The notes: generated by a model not told the origin, from the sequence alone. DNA of 59,401 nt from a virus (IMGVR_UViG_3300009168_000012:1-59401), one strand, 5' to 3'; positions 16,935 to 27,862 are shown, counted from the stretch's first letter. Translations and numbers: made by a program.

Positions 16935-19900
16935 ATTGGAGATTCACCCTGATTGACAGGGATAATGTAACAACTTTAATTGAAGAGCCACAAGGTTGGG
17001 ATGCTTGTGACATTATCATCAAAAGGGATTTGGATAAACATGGGATTGTGTTTGATTATGCTGGCAATGACTTCACTTTTTATGGTGCAAGTATGAAGAT
17101 GATTCAAACAGAATATGAAGCATATGGAGTGCAGGGAAAGTTGACAATGGTGATTGAATTGGATTGTGGTGAGCAGGGATATAAAGAATTGTATAGAGGA
17201 CAATTATTATTTGGTCAATACAAGTTCACATGTGGTGATGCATGTTTTGTGAAGATACCAATTGAAACCACTTCTGATGTGATGGCATTCACCAACAGGT
17301 TTGACCAACAGGTTAATTTGATGACTGACAAAGGATTTGATGAGGTGACTGCATTAATGCCTTATAATAAGTTAGGGTTTGATATTGTCTTACCGTCCAA
17401 GGGAATTTATATTGAAGATTATGCATTGAATGAGATTGCCAATGGGACAACCATTGAAGGTGTTGTTGGTTTATCAAGTGGGACTTCAAAAGCTGAATAT
17501 GGGATGATAAGTATTGGGATGACCAAAACTGCTGTTGCTGAAATTGGAAGTTTTTATTTTGAACCGCAACCAAAATATGATTATGCAGCAGACCTTGATG
17601 GGGAGATAAACAATGGTTCACAAGATGCAATCAGGTTTGAAACACCACCGGGAAATGCTTGGGGAGTTAGTTATATATGGCCAAATGCATTGACAGCAAT
17701 TATTAATTACGGGCCTGAATCACCCAATTATAATGAGGTGAATGATTTTGTTCATATTGAATACAGGATAAAAGGAAAGCTGACTTGCAGGGTGAGTGCA
17801 TTGGATAATGTGAAAATGTTTTTTTGCAGATTGCCAATAAGTAAAACAGGAGAGTTGAAGGAAGATTTTGAATATCTTGATATTCAGGATTTATTCTTTT
17901 CCCTTAATTATTGGGTTGACAGCATGCATGATGGTGATGAGTTACCATTTGACCTTTCATTTGCCACTGATTTAAAAATGGTTGCAGGTGACAGATTTTA
18001 TTTATTCATTTCCACATTACACAACAGGACAATTGATGAAAGCAACAGTGATGAACCTGCAATGGAAGTGGTGTTTGATGTGGAAACATATTTCAAAGCA
18101 TCCACAATCAGCATCACACCTTCATCATTGTCAAAAGCATTCCTTGTCAATGAAACATTGAGCAGGATAACAGAAGCAATCACTGATGACAAGATGAGGG
18201 TTTACAGTGATTACTTTGGAAGGACAGATTCACAACCTTATGTAAGCAGTGCAGATGGTTGTGGCAGTTTGGAGATAATAAGTAAGGGTTTGTTTATAAG
18301 GAAGCAGGAGAACAGGATTCCAGATGAACCTTTTCTGATGACAGTTTCCATGAAGGATATGTGGGAGGGACTTGACCCAATTCACCACATTGGATTTGGT
18401 GTGGAGGAAGATGACATGCATGCAGGGTTCAAAAGGATAAGGGTTGAGCATTGGAAATATTTTTACAGCAATGATGTATTGATGAATTGTGATGCAGTGA
18501 ATCAGGTGGAAAGGAAGTGCCAAGAATCTGAAGTATATGCAACCTTTAAGTTTGGATATGAGAAATGGGAAGCTGAAGAATACAATGGTTTAGATGAATT
18601 TCTTACCAAAAGAACTTACAGGACAACATTATCAGAGGTTAAAAATAATTTTGAGAGAATCAGCAAATTCATTGCAAGTGGTTATGCATGGGAGATAACA
18701 AGAAGGAAGTATTTTGACAGCAAGGATTGGAGGTTTGACAATGACAATTTTATTGCATGCATTAAGAGATTCAACCGTTCATATTCTTACACATTGTTTG
18801 CACCTGTTATCAAGTCTTCACATATGACAGTGGTGGGTTCTTTTCCTGATATGCAGGTTGGTGATTTTGTAATCATTTCAGATACAGCAAGCAACAATGG
18901 CCCAAATGTCATTGCAGACATTATTGGTTCCAACATTTACTTCACAACCCTGTTGGTTCATGAATCAGCAGGTTCAGTGACAATCACATTGGCAGAACAG
19001 GATTTTGTTATTGAGCAAGGGAATGTGGATTCACCTGTTAATATCATCAGTCCTGAAACATTATACAATTTCCGCTTATCACCATTAAGAAATGCAATGA
19101 GGTGGTTGGATAAGGTCATTGCATCATATAAGAAATTAAATCCTGCAAACAAGTTGGTGTTCACTGAAGGTGATGGAAATTATTTGGCAGAAGGGAAGAT
19201 GCAGGATGCAACATGCAGGTTGGAGGTTGTGCCAATCAAGGAGAACATGCCATTGGAATCTGCATTGTATGAAGATGCATCCAACATGGAACCATTGTTA
19301 AGTGCTGAAAGGATTGAATTTGAATATCCAATGTCATTGAATGACTTCAGAGCAATTCTGCTGAACCCTTATGGATTAATATTATTTAATAGTGGAACTT
19401 GTGAGGACAGTGAAGGTTGGATTGATACTTTAAGTTATAAACCGGAAGAAGGGAAAGCAAAATTTATATTGATTCCAAAATATGCTGAAGCAAGTGAACC
19501 ACCGGAACCACCACCTGCAAATGTTTTTCTGCATTATGCTGAAACAGATGATGAACAGGGAACAGTTCATGTGGATTTAGATGGTACACCAATAATAAAT
19601 AACACCAATCCAATTCCAGCATTGGGATTTTTTGCACCTGTTGGAAGTTCTGTTCATGTGATTGTAAGTTTGGAAGCAGGATTTGAAACAGGGTTCACCC
19701 ACATGATTGTGAAGAAGGATGGTGTAAATATTTATGCAGCAGATTATGAAGGGAACACCATTGCAAATGAATTTTCTTTTGTTGTTGAGGAAGGTGCATT
19801 TTATGAAATATTTTCAGAAGTTTATCCTGCAACAGCAGGGTGTGAATCAATTATGATGGGTACTTATGGCCCAATGCCTGATGCTTTTTATGAAATACCT

Positions 19901-20431
19901 TACTCTTATTCAATACCAATAATTTCAGGAACACCACCTTTCCTTGTAAGTGTTTATTCAAAAGCACCTTGGATGACCATTGAGATAATTGGCAGTGATT
20001 TGGTATTTCATGGGACACCTGATAATCCTTCATCTTCATTTGTCATTTTTGGCAATGTGACCAATTGTGATGGTGTTGGGGCATTTGGATTTTATGACAA
20101 TATTGCTGTAACAATTGCAGGAGCAGAATGTGTTGGTGTGACAGGGCCAACAGAGGTACTTGACACCATGCCTGATGCACATTATGGAGTTTATTATAAT
20201 CATTCAATCACATTGGGTGGAACAGGACTTTTTGTGGTTGAATATGTGAACAAACCACCTTGGATGAACCTGACCATTTATGCAACTGAAGGTGCTGAAG
20301 GTGGCACTTTAACTTTATCAGGGACACCACCTGCTGTTTGGACTGATAATATCATGATTCAGTTTACCCTTTCCAATTGTGACGGTGGAAGCAGTTATGA
20401 ATTTTATGATGAAATAAATATAAGACCTTAA
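16931..20431 (+). CDS. Tail tip/hub protein with C-terminal Ig-like repeats
   Basis: Follows TMP; EEPQGWD N-terminus; repeated PDA..PY..G..PF..PWM..GTP..NC modules. Confidence 0.7.
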   Translation: MNWRFTLIDRDNVTTLIEEPQGWDACDIIIKRDLDKHGIVFDYAGNDFTFYGASMKMIQTEYEAYGVQGKLTMVIELDCGEQGYKELYRGQLLFGQYKFTCGDACFVKIPIETTSDVMAFTNRFDQQVNLMTDKGFDEVTALMPYNKLGFDIVLPSKGIYIEDYALNEIANGTTIEGVVGLSSGTSKAEYGMISIGMTKTAVAEIGSFYFEPQPKYDYAADLDGEINNGSQDAIRFETPPGNAWGVSYIWPNALTAIINYGPESPNYNEVNDFVHIEYRIKGKLTCRVSALDNVKMFFCRLPISKTGELKEDFEYLDIQDLFFSLNYWVDSMHDGDELPFDLSFATDLKMVAGDRFYLFISTLHNRTIDESNSDEPAMEVVFDVETYFKASTISITPSSLSKAFLVNETLSRITEAITDDKMRVYSDYFGRTDSQPYVSSADGCGSLEIISKGLFIRKQENRIPDEPFLMTVSMKDMWEGLDPIHHIGFGVEEDDMHAGFKRIRVEHWKYFYSNDVLMNCDAVNQVERKCQESEVYATFKFGYEKWEAEEYNGLDEFLTKRTYRTTLSEVKNNFERISKFIASGYAWEITRRKYFDSKDWRFDNDNFIACIKRFNRSYSYTLFAPVIKSSHMTVVGSFPDMQVGDFVIISDTASNNGPNVIADIIGSNIYFTTLLVHESAGSVTITLAEQDFVIEQGNVDSPVNIISPETLYNFRLSPLRNAMRWLDKVIASYKKLNPANKLVFTEGDGNYLAEGKMQDATCRLEVVPIKENMPLESALYEDASNMEPLLSAERIEFEYPMSLNDFRAILLNPYGLILFNSGTCEDSEGWIDTLSYKPEEGKAKFILIPKYAEASEPPEPPPANVFLHYAETDDEQGTVHVDLDGTPIINNTNPIPALGFFAPVGSSVHVIVSLEAGFETGFTHMIVKKDGVNIYAADYEGNTIANEFSFVVEEGAFYEIFSEVYPATAGCESIMMGTYGPMPDAFYEIPYSYSIPIISGTPPFLVSVYSKAPWMTIEIIGSDLVFHGTPDNPSSSFVIFGNVTNCDGVGAFGFYDNIAVTIAGAECVGVTGPTEVLDTMPDAHYGVYYNHSITLGGTGLFVVEYVNKPPWMNLTIYATEGAEGGTLTLSGTPPAVWTDNIMIQFTLSNCDGGSSYEFYDEINIRP

Positions 20432-20434
20432 AAA

Positions 20435-22546
20435 ATGAGCATTGTATTAAGCAACCCAAGATTATCATTCATCAACTTTTCTGATGCACCACCACCTGAC
20501 ATGCCATTACCAATTGCAGCAGGAAGTGACATTGCATTTCAGGTATTGCTTACAGCAGCAGATGAAGCAGAAGCAGACACCATTGGCAATGATACCTTGA
20601 AGTTGTCAATTTGGTCAATGCCTGAAAGTGAATTATTACATGATTATTATGCTGATGGATATTACTTCACATTTTACAGGTTAAGTGCAACACAGGTTCT
20701 TGCATACTGGACAAATGGGTTGCCTGATGTTGATACTTATGCACCATTTGATTCCTGCTTTACAATTGTGTTGTTGGTGGTTGGCACTTATACCTTCATT
20801 TATAACAGTGTTTTATTGAAGCATGTATTTGATAATAAATACACTTCAATTATTGAATATAGTTGTGAAGAAAATTCTTATGGATTCAATTATTGTGCAG
20901 ACCATACACCCAACAGGGTGAGGGTTCCAATGTACTTATGGAAACCACAATTTGTGGATGAGGAAGAAGTGTATTTCAAGAGTGATGGCAGTGTTAAGGT
21001 GTTGAAGTCTGTCACAAGAAAAACCTTTGAGTTAACTGTTGACCATTTGGATGCAGCAACCCATGAAAAGATAAAGGTTGCCTTGTCACATGATGCAGTG
21101 TTTATTGAGAGTGATGTATATAGTGGAGGGATAAGGAAGAATGGTTCATATGATATTGAGTGGTATGATAAACCGGGATATTCAGAAGTCTCACCTGCAA
21201 AGACAAAGGTGTATGCAACACCATACCTTGTGAGGAATGACAATTGTGCAGTGTGTGAGAGTTTCACACCACCACCACCACCTGAAGGAAATTTATTATG
21301 GACATTTACAGAAGGTGATGATGTGCAGGGATATTTGATGGTGTCTGAAAATGGAACTTCTGTTGTTTCCACTTTTGAAAATTTATCAAACACAATTGCT
21401 GTTGCTGTTGGAAGCACAATCAATGTGAATGTTGGATTGGAAACAAGCACAACAGACTATTCCAATATGACGGTTTATAAGGATGGAAGTATCATTCACA
21501 ATGCACCTGAATATCCCGGAAGTGTTGGAAATGCATTCTCATTTGTTGTGGAGGAAGGAGCATCTTATGAAATTGTTTCAAGCACTTCAGCAGGAGCAGT
21601 GTGTGAACCGATTGTGGTGGATTTCATGCCTGTTCCAGATGGATTTGTTGATGTTCCATATGAAGTTTTAATGCCAATTACAGCAGGAACAGCACCATTT
21701 GATATAATTGTTTATGAAGTGCCGTTATGGATGACAGTTGAAGTTGTAAATGTATCAGGAACTAATTACATAAGGTTATTTGGTACACCTTCAGGTACAG
21801 TTTACAATGGCACAGTCCGTTTTGATGTTACCAATTGTGAAACAGCAGGATGGTTTGAATACACTGATGAAATAAGTATAACCTTCCCATACTTAATGAA
21901 TTGGTCATTGAATAACACTGCTGCTTCAAGCAGTATTGCAGGAAGGTTGGAAATTATTGAAGATGGTTCAACTTATGTGTTAGATATATACACCACAAAC
22001 AGCAGCGAACAATTCCTTTCAGCAGGTAAATCTTATGCCATAAGATTATATAATCAGGATGGCAGTGGTATAAATTATTTTCATTTAAAAGTCACCAATA
22101 CTTCAACAGGTACAGTGTTATTTGATGGAACTGACCTTGAAGAAGTGATTTATACTTATGTAGCATCAACAGGTGATAATATTTTGATTGAAGCTATAAC
22201 AACAGAAACACCATTTGCCTTATTGATTACCCTTGACAATTCAACCACATTCAAGGCACAATTGACAGGTGCATTATCAGTCAACCTTGATGTGAGTAAT
22301 GTGTTCTCAAATTCATATGATGCATGTGGTGGAACTTCAGTGGGTAACAAGAACAGTGTTGGTGTTTATACCATTGGCATTGGAGGAACCACCATGTATT
22401 TTCCGGTAACAGGTTCAACAGGAAGTTACACTTCACACAATAAGATTCAAAACCCTGTCACCATAAATGGAAGCAGTGTAAGTCATAATAATAGCATCAC
22501 AATTGGTGGGCAACCTGTTTTGGTTTTATTACAACAATGTAAATGA
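20435..22546 (+). CDS. Tail protein with Ig-like modules
   Basis: NRVRVPMYLWKPQ..KVALSHD N-terminal part; shares modules with upstream gene. Confidence 0.65.
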   Translation: MSIVLSNPRLSFINFSDAPPPDMPLPIAAGSDIAFQVLLTAADEAEADTIGNDTLKLSIWSMPESELLHDYYADGYYFTFYRLSATQVLAYWTNGLPDVDTYAPFDSCFTIVLLVVGTYTFIYNSVLLKHVFDNKYTSIIEYSCEENSYGFNYCADHTPNRVRVPMYLWKPQFVDEEEVYFKSDGSVKVLKSVTRKTFELTVDHLDAATHEKIKVALSHDAVFIESDVYSGGIRKNGSYDIEWYDKPGYSEVSPAKTKVYATPYLVRNDNCAVCESFTPPPPPEGNLLWTFTEGDDVQGYLMVSENGTSVVSTFENLSNTIAVAVGSTINVNVGLETSTTDYSNMTVYKDGSIIHNAPEYPGSVGNAFSFVVEEGASYEIVSSTSAGAVCEPIVVDFMPVPDGFVDVPYEVLMPITAGTAPFDIIVYEVPLWMTVEVVNVSGTNYIRLFGTPSGTVYNGTVRFDVTNCETAGWFEYTDEISITFPYLMNWSLNNTAASSSIAGRLEIIEDGSTYVLDIYTTNSSEQFLSAGKSYAIRLYNQDGSGINYFHLKVTNTSTGTVLFDGTDLEEVIYTYVASTGDNILIEAITTETPFALLITLDNSTTFKAQLTGALSVNLDVSNVFSNSYDACGGTSVGNKNSVGVYTIGIGGTTMYFPVTGSTGSYTSHNKIQNPVTINGSSVSHNNSITIGGQPVLVLLQQCK

Positions 22547-22547
22547 T

Positions 22548-23381
22548 ATGAAAGGGATTTTAATTATAGCATGTGGACATGGTTGGTATGGGAAAATGGC
22601 TGCTGCACTTGCAGCAAGCATAAGAACCAAAAGCAATATTCCCATTCATCTTGCTTTTGCAGGTAATGGAAAACAGTTAATCAATGATAATGAGTTAAGG
22701 TTATTTAATAGCATCAGTGAGATACCTGCTGAATATTATACATGGAAGGGAAAGGTTGCATGGATAAGAACAAAAATGTTTATTAATCAATTAAGTCCTT
22801 TTGATGAAACCTTGTACTTGGATTGTGATTTGTTGTGGACAGGGAAAGCACCTGAAGAATATTTCAATCAGTTGGAACCATATGAACTGACCTTTTCCAA
22901 TTTTGGAAAGACAGATACATTGTGGGCAAGTCTGAAGGAAGTGAGGGAAGTGTATGGTGAAGGTGAATATTATACAATCCATTCAGAGTTCATTTACTTC
23001 AAGAAGACAGGCAAGGTGAAGGAATGGTTTGACAAGGCATTGGAAGTATATGACAACCTGAAGGTGAAACACACTGTTTTTGCTGATGCAATCCCTGATG
23101 AACTTGCATTTTCCATTGCAGGAGCATTGACAAGGACTTACCCACACAAGGAAAACTTCAGACCAATTTTTTGGGGCAAAGCTGACAAGAAAAGGATGCT
23201 GCAAGTGCATGAGATATGCAATGAATATGCAGCCATTTCAATGGCAGGGAATAATGCAAGTAATTACATGATATTAGTTTATAACATTCTCTCAAAAGCA
23301 GCATATCAAAAACTGAAGCTGCAAAACAGTTATTCATGGAAACAGAAAAGGAGTTTCTTAAAAGAAAGAAAAAAATATTGA
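22548..23381 (+). CDS. Glycosyltransferase (GT-A, GT8-like)
   Basis: SPFDETLYLDCD DXD motif; DELAF motif. Confidence 0.8.
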   Translation: MKGILIIACGHGWYGKMAAALAASIRTKSNIPIHLAFAGNGKQLINDNELRLFNSISEIPAEYYTWKGKVAWIRTKMFINQLSPFDETLYLDCDLLWTGKAPEEYFNQLEPYELTFSNFGKTDTLWASLKEVREVYGEGEYYTIHSEFIYFKKTGKVKEWFDKALEVYDNLKVKHTVFADAIPDELAFSIAGALTRTYPHKENFRPIFWGKADKKRMLQVHEICNEYAAISMAGNNASNYMILVYNILSKAAYQKLKLQNSYSWKQKRSFLKERKKY

Positions 23382-23387
23382 ATTGTC

Positions 23388-25370
23388 ATGCCAACAGTAA
23401 TATCACCACAAGAATTAAAAGCAAGGTTCACAGGTTTTAAAGTAAACCTTATATATCAGGATTCAATTGACCTTTATGCACAATTAAGAGTTCATGCAGA
23501 TGGTGAAATGCCAATCAGATTGATAAGGGAACAGCGACCAAATGAAAGTGATGCAGTGCAAAAATACAGGCAATCAATTTATGAACCTGAAACACAAAAC
23601 CCAATTGAAAAGGTGTTGGGAGTTCTGGAAAAAATCAGGAGGTCACCTGATTGGATGATGCAATTTTCAGATGACATTCCACCAATCATCAATGAGGAAG
23701 AAACCTTGGAAATATACCTGACCAAGAAATATCCCATTTATGATGACATTGAATATTGGTTATTTGAAGAGGTGTTGAGGACATTGGGATTGGATGCAAA
23801 TGCTGTCATTGCAGTATTGCCAAAAGATTTTGCACAACAGGAGGGAACTGAATACATGCAACCAATTGGACAGGTATTCAATTCACCCAATGTGATTGAG
23901 TTCATCCCTGAAGATTATGCAGTGTTGAAGAGTGATGAATTAAGTTCCATGCTGTCACCTGAAAGACAGATGCAGATTATGAACAACCAAAAAGCATTGC
24001 AGACACTTACTTCAGGTGCAAACACTTTTTCAAAAGGACAAGTTTATTATGTTATCACAACCTCATCATATCAGAAATGGGAAGAAGCTGAAGATGGGAA
24101 ATATTTGCTTACCAATACCATTATGCATGGACTGAATGAATTGCCTGTCTTTCAGGTGCCGGGAAAATTCATGGCAAGAAGAGGGCCATATACCTTAAAG
24201 AAGACACCACTTTTTCCAATGGTTCCACACCTGAATAAAGCAGCAAGGGAATCAAATGATTTGGATGCAGGTGTCATCATGCACCTGTATTTGGAAAAGT
24301 GGAGGGTGAACAATATTCCATGCACTGATTGTCATGGAACAGGACAGGTTGCAGGTGCAGATGGCCCAACCACTTGCCATGTATGCAAGGGAACAGGGTA
24401 TGCAACAGGCAAGTCACCTTTCAATGAAATATTAATCCGTCCACAAGGATTGGGAGAGGGTAATATTCCAACACCACCTGTTGGGTATGTTGACAAGAAT
24501 CCTGAAATTCTGAAGGTGCAGAATGACAGGATTGAACTGCATTTGAGAAAGGCACTTGCTGCTGTCAATATGGAACACTTATCTGAAACAGGGATGAACC
24601 AATCAGGGACAGCAAAAGCATATGACCAAGATGAGGTGAACAATGTCATTTATACTTTTGCTGGAATGCTTGTAAGTGTTGCAAACACCACTGCTTACTT
24701 CATCAATGAATTAAGGTACAAAAACATTGTTCCCAATGAAGATGACCGGAAAGCAATGTTGCCAATCATCCCGATTCCAGAGAAGTATGATGTGGTAAGC
24801 ACTTCATACCTGTTCAGTGAATATCAGACTGCAAAAAGTGCAGGTATCAACCCAATCATTTTGACAGAAATGCAAAAGGAGATTGGTGCAAAGAAATTTT
24901 ATGCCAATCCAACAGTTGCAGATTTTGTGAACACTGTCATGAACCTTGACCCATTTCCAGATAAAACAACTGAAGAAAAAGGACAGATGGAATCACAAGG
25001 ATTGGCGGCAAAGATTGATGTTGTGTTGAGCAATTACATAAATGATTTTGTAAGGAGAGCAATGGAGGAAGACAAGGATTTTGCCAAGAAGAGTGATGCT
25101 GAAAAGCGGGAAGTGCTGGAAGAATATGCTGCTGAAAAGGTGGAAGAGTTATCTGCTGCATCCCAAATCAAGACAGACCTTTTTGGTGATGAGGAACCAC
25201 CTGCTGATGAAGAACCACCTGAAGGTGTTCCACCTGTTGAGGGTGAGGAACCGGAAGAAGAGGAAGTTGGTAAACCTGCACCACCTGCAAATGTTCCAAG
25301 GACAGCAACAGGAAAGGCACCATTCCCTGCTGCACCTGCAAAGCAAGCAGTTGCACCACCTGCAAAATAA
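23388..25370 (+). CDS. Portal protein with DnaJ-type zinc finger insert
   Basis: Upstream of MuF-like gene; NQSGTAKAYD portal-like motif; CTDCHGTG/CHVCKGTG. Confidence 0.8.
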   Translation: MPTVISPQELKARFTGFKVNLIYQDSIDLYAQLRVHADGEMPIRLIREQRPNESDAVQKYRQSIYEPETQNPIEKVLGVLEKIRRSPDWMMQFSDDIPPIINEEETLEIYLTKKYPIYDDIEYWLFEEVLRTLGLDANAVIAVLPKDFAQQEGTEYMQPIGQVFNSPNVIEFIPEDYAVLKSDELSSMLSPERQMQIMNNQKALQTLTSGANTFSKGQVYYVITTSSYQKWEEAEDGKYLLTNTIMHGLNELPVFQVPGKFMARRGPYTLKKTPLFPMVPHLNKAARESNDLDAGVIMHLYLEKWRVNNIPCTDCHGTGQVAGADGPTTCHVCKGTGYATGKSPFNEILIRPQGLGEGNIPTPPVGYVDKNPEILKVQNDRIELHLRKALAAVNMEHLSETGMNQSGTAKAYDQDEVNNVIYTFAGMLVSVANTTAYFINELRYKNIVPNEDDRKAMLPIIPIPEKYDVVSTSYLFSEYQTAKSAGINPIILTEMQKEIGAKKFYANPTVADFVNTVMNLDPFPDKTTEEKGQMESQGLAAKIDVVLSNYINDFVRRAMEEDKDFAKKSDAEKREVLEEYAAEKVEELSAASQIKTDLFGDEEPPADEEPPEGVPPVEGEEPEEEEVGKPAPPANVPRTATGKAPFPAAPAKQAVAPPAK

Positions 25371-25432
25371 AATGGCAGGAAAGCACCTTAAAATGAGTTT
25401 TTGAAAATAGCTTAATAAGTAACTGTTATCTT

Positions 25433-26380
25433 ATGGCCACACCTGATGATATTTTGAACACAATCAAGGAAGCTGTTGACAGGTTGGGAGCAATGGCAAC
25501 AGCAAAACAGAATCCACTTTTCAAGGAAGTGCTTTTGCTGCTGAAGAAACTTGATGTGAAGGGTGACACCATAACCACCAATATCAGGAACCTCAACCTG
25601 ATAAATGAGTTGAAGAGCAAGATTGAAAGGATTGTTATTGACCCAAGGTATAAAAAGGAACTGAAGACCTTTGTCCAAGCATATGACCAAGTGGGGATTT
25701 TGCAGAATCAATATTTTGCATCCTTCAACACCAACTTCAAACCCAAACCTGTCATGAATGCCTTGAAGAAGAATGCAGTCAACACCACATTGAACAACCT
25801 CACCCAAGCAGGTTTGCAAGCAGGTGTGACAGATGGATTGAGAAAAATCCTTGTGACCAATGTGAATGCAGGTGGTTCATATGCAGATATGCAGGAGCAG
25901 TTGAGGAATTACCTGACAACCACCAACACAGGAGAAGGAGCATTGGAGAGATATGTCAAGACTTATGCCAACACTGCAATCAATCAATTCAGTGCTGAAT
26001 ACAGCAGGACAATTGCACAAGATTTGGGTTTGGAGTGGTATCAATACACAGGAAGTCTTATCACCACTTCCAGAGATTTTTGCATTCATTCAATTGACAA
26101 AAGATACATGCATGAAAGTGAGTTTCCAACCTTGCTTCAAGGGAACATTGATGGAACTCAAATTCATGTCAATAAAAAAACTGGACTTCCAGACGGAATG
26201 ATGGAGGGAACCAACCCTGAAAACTTTCCAAGAAGAAGAGGTGGTTGGAATTGCAGACACCAACTTGTGCCTGTTGATGAATTGCTTGTGCCACAACAAG
26301 TGAAGGACAAGGTGTATGCAACAAGGGATTATCAAACTTGGTTATTAAGTAAGGGTAAGACAGCAAGCAATGTGAAATAA
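25433..26380 (+). CDS. Minor head protein (MuF/SPP1 gp7-like)
   Basis: WYQYTG..SRDFC..GGWNCRHQLVPV. Confidence 0.85.
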   Translation: MATPDDILNTIKEAVDRLGAMATAKQNPLFKEVLLLLKKLDVKGDTITTNIRNLNLINELKSKIERIVIDPRYKKELKTFVQAYDQVGILQNQYFASFNTNFKPKPVMNALKKNAVNTTLNNLTQAGLQAGVTDGLRKILVTNVNAGGSYADMQEQLRNYLTTTNTGEGALERYVKTYANTAINQFSAEYSRTIAQDLGLEWYQYTGSLITTSRDFCIHSIDKRYMHESEFPTLLQGNIDGTQIHVNKKTGLPDGMMEGTNPENFPRRRGGWNCRHQLVPVDELLVPQQVKDKVYATRDYQTWLLSKGKTASNVK

Positions 26381-26381
26381 A

Positions 26382-27014
26382 ATGTGTAAGGATAAATTTG
26401 ATTTACCAACAGATTCAGGTGATTATTACTTATTGACAAAAGGTGTGCAGTTGTCAAAAAATGTTTCAGGTGTTACCATTGAGATTGGTTTAAGGAGAGG
26501 TGGAGGAAGCAGGTTTGTCATTGATGCAATTGCTGATTTTTGTCCAAAAAAAGTTCATGTGGCAGTTGACCCATATGGTTCAATCTTGTATGCTGACAGG
26601 GATAACAACAAGACAAGGTTGGATTATTCAAATGAAATGGCAGGTGAAGCATTGCCCAATGTTTATGCTTATGCTCATCTTAAAAAAGTAAGGTTTATTT
26701 TTTGGCAACTGGAAGATGCAGAATTTTTTGAAAGGTTCAAAGATGGCATTCCCATTTATGAGGGTGAAAAGGTAATTGAAAGCAAATATTCATTTGTTCA
26801 TATTGATGGGCCACATGACACTGCAAGTGTGCTGAATCAGGTTAAGTTTTTTTTATTAAGGATGGAGCAAGGTGGGTGCATTTGTTTTGATGATATTCAG
26901 AATTATAATCACCAAAAAGTTGAACAGGTTCTTTTTCCAGAGTTTCAGTTAATTGAGAAAACGGATTGCAAAGCATTGTATCAAAAAAGCACCTTTTCAG
27001 GTGCCTTCAGTTAA
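26382..27014 (+). CDS. Class I SAM methyltransferase (Methyltransf_24/TylF-like)
   Basis: IEIGLRRGGGS, AVDPY, HIDGPHD, CFDD. Confidence 0.85.
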   Translation: MCKDKFDLPTDSGDYYLLTKGVQLSKNVSGVTIEIGLRRGGGSRFVIDAIADFCPKKVHVAVDPYGSILYADRDNNKTRLDYSNEMAGEALPNVYAYAHLKKVRFIFWQLEDAEFFERFKDGIPIYEGEKVIESKYSFVHIDGPHDTASVLNQVKFFLLRMEQGGCICFDDIQNYNHQKVEQVLFPEFQLIEKTDCKALYQKSTFSGAFS

Positions 27015-27035
27015 TATCCTTTTTTTAAGCGAATC

Positions 27036-27377
27036 TTATGCAGGTTTGATTGTTTCAATGAACTGGAAGAACATTTTCTTCCCTGATGGGGAGTGAAAAT
27101 AATTCCTGTCAAGCTGGAAGTTTTCAGACATGATTTGGAACCCATGACCATACACCTCAATCAGGTGCAGGGTTTGTCCAAATTCATTTGCCTGTTCTTG
27201 CCATGTTGCAACAAGTTCCCTGCTGTTTATCCAAGATTGGTTGATGCTGAATTGGTCACTGTCAAAAGCATATGCATGGTGCAACATGGAGTTGGTCATA
27301 TGTGCTGCTTTTTTACCTTGTGCAGCAAATGATTCTTTAACTTCTGGACTGATGAAAGGTGCTTGTGGATTGCTCAT
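27036..27377 (-). CDS. Hypothetical accessory protein
   Basis: ATG after ACCCAATAAAAATTCTCACA on minus strand. Confidence 0.7.
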   Translation of the reverse strand: MSNPQAPFISPEVKESFAAQGKKAAHMTNSMLHHAYAFDSDQFSINQSWINSRELVATWQEQANEFGQTLHLIEVYGHGFQIMSENFQLDRNYFHSPSGKKMFFQFIETIKPA

Positions 27378-27402
27378 TGTGAGAATTTTTATTGGGTAAT
27401 TG

Positions 27403-27573
27403 TTAATTGGTTTCCTGAACTTTCTTTTTGGCAACTTCAGATTCAATTTGAATCATCAACTTTTCTGCATCCTTTTGGGTTCCAATGAATGCTGCTGTTT
27501 GTGCCAACCTTCTCAATGAATAAGTGATAAGGTCAATTTCTGATTGTGTAAGTTCCAAGGTGATTTTTTTCAT
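27403..27573 (-). CDS. Hypothetical accessory protein (56 aa)
   Basis: MKKITLELTQSEIDLI..., AAAAATTCTCACC leader. Confidence 0.65.
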   Translation of the reverse strand: MKKITLELTQSEIDLITYSLRRLAQTAAFIGTQKDAEKLMIQIESEVAKKKVQETN

Positions 27574-27637
27574 GGTGAGAATTTTTAGATTGTTTTAAAA
27601 GTGCAGCAGGTGATTCCTGCTGCTTTATTGTTAGTGA

Positions 27638-27862
27638 TTATTTAAGGATTATTTCTTCAAGTCCTGAACCGTAAATCAATTTAAATCTTTTTTCAACACC
27701 TTCAGTTGTTACAGTTGCCCAAAGTGTTTCAGTGGTTGGGCGAAATTCAAACTGCATTGCAAGTTTAAATTCAATGTAACTTGGATTAACATTCAAATCA
27801 GTGGTAATTGAATTGAACTGATAAGAACCTTCATAAAAATTGATAACTGTTTGAACTGGCAT
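27638..27862 (-). CDS. Hypothetical accessory protein
   Basis: 74-aa ORF after promoter P7. Confidence 0.7.
   Translation of the reverse strand: MPVQTVINFYEGSYQFNSITTDLNVNPSYIEFKLAMQFEFRPTTETLWATVTTEGVEKRFKLIYGSGLEEIILK

Noticed and set aside
26382-27014. DNA methyltransferase
   Set aside because: Lacks DPPY/NPPY or PC catalytic motifs; fits small-molecule or sugar methyltransferases
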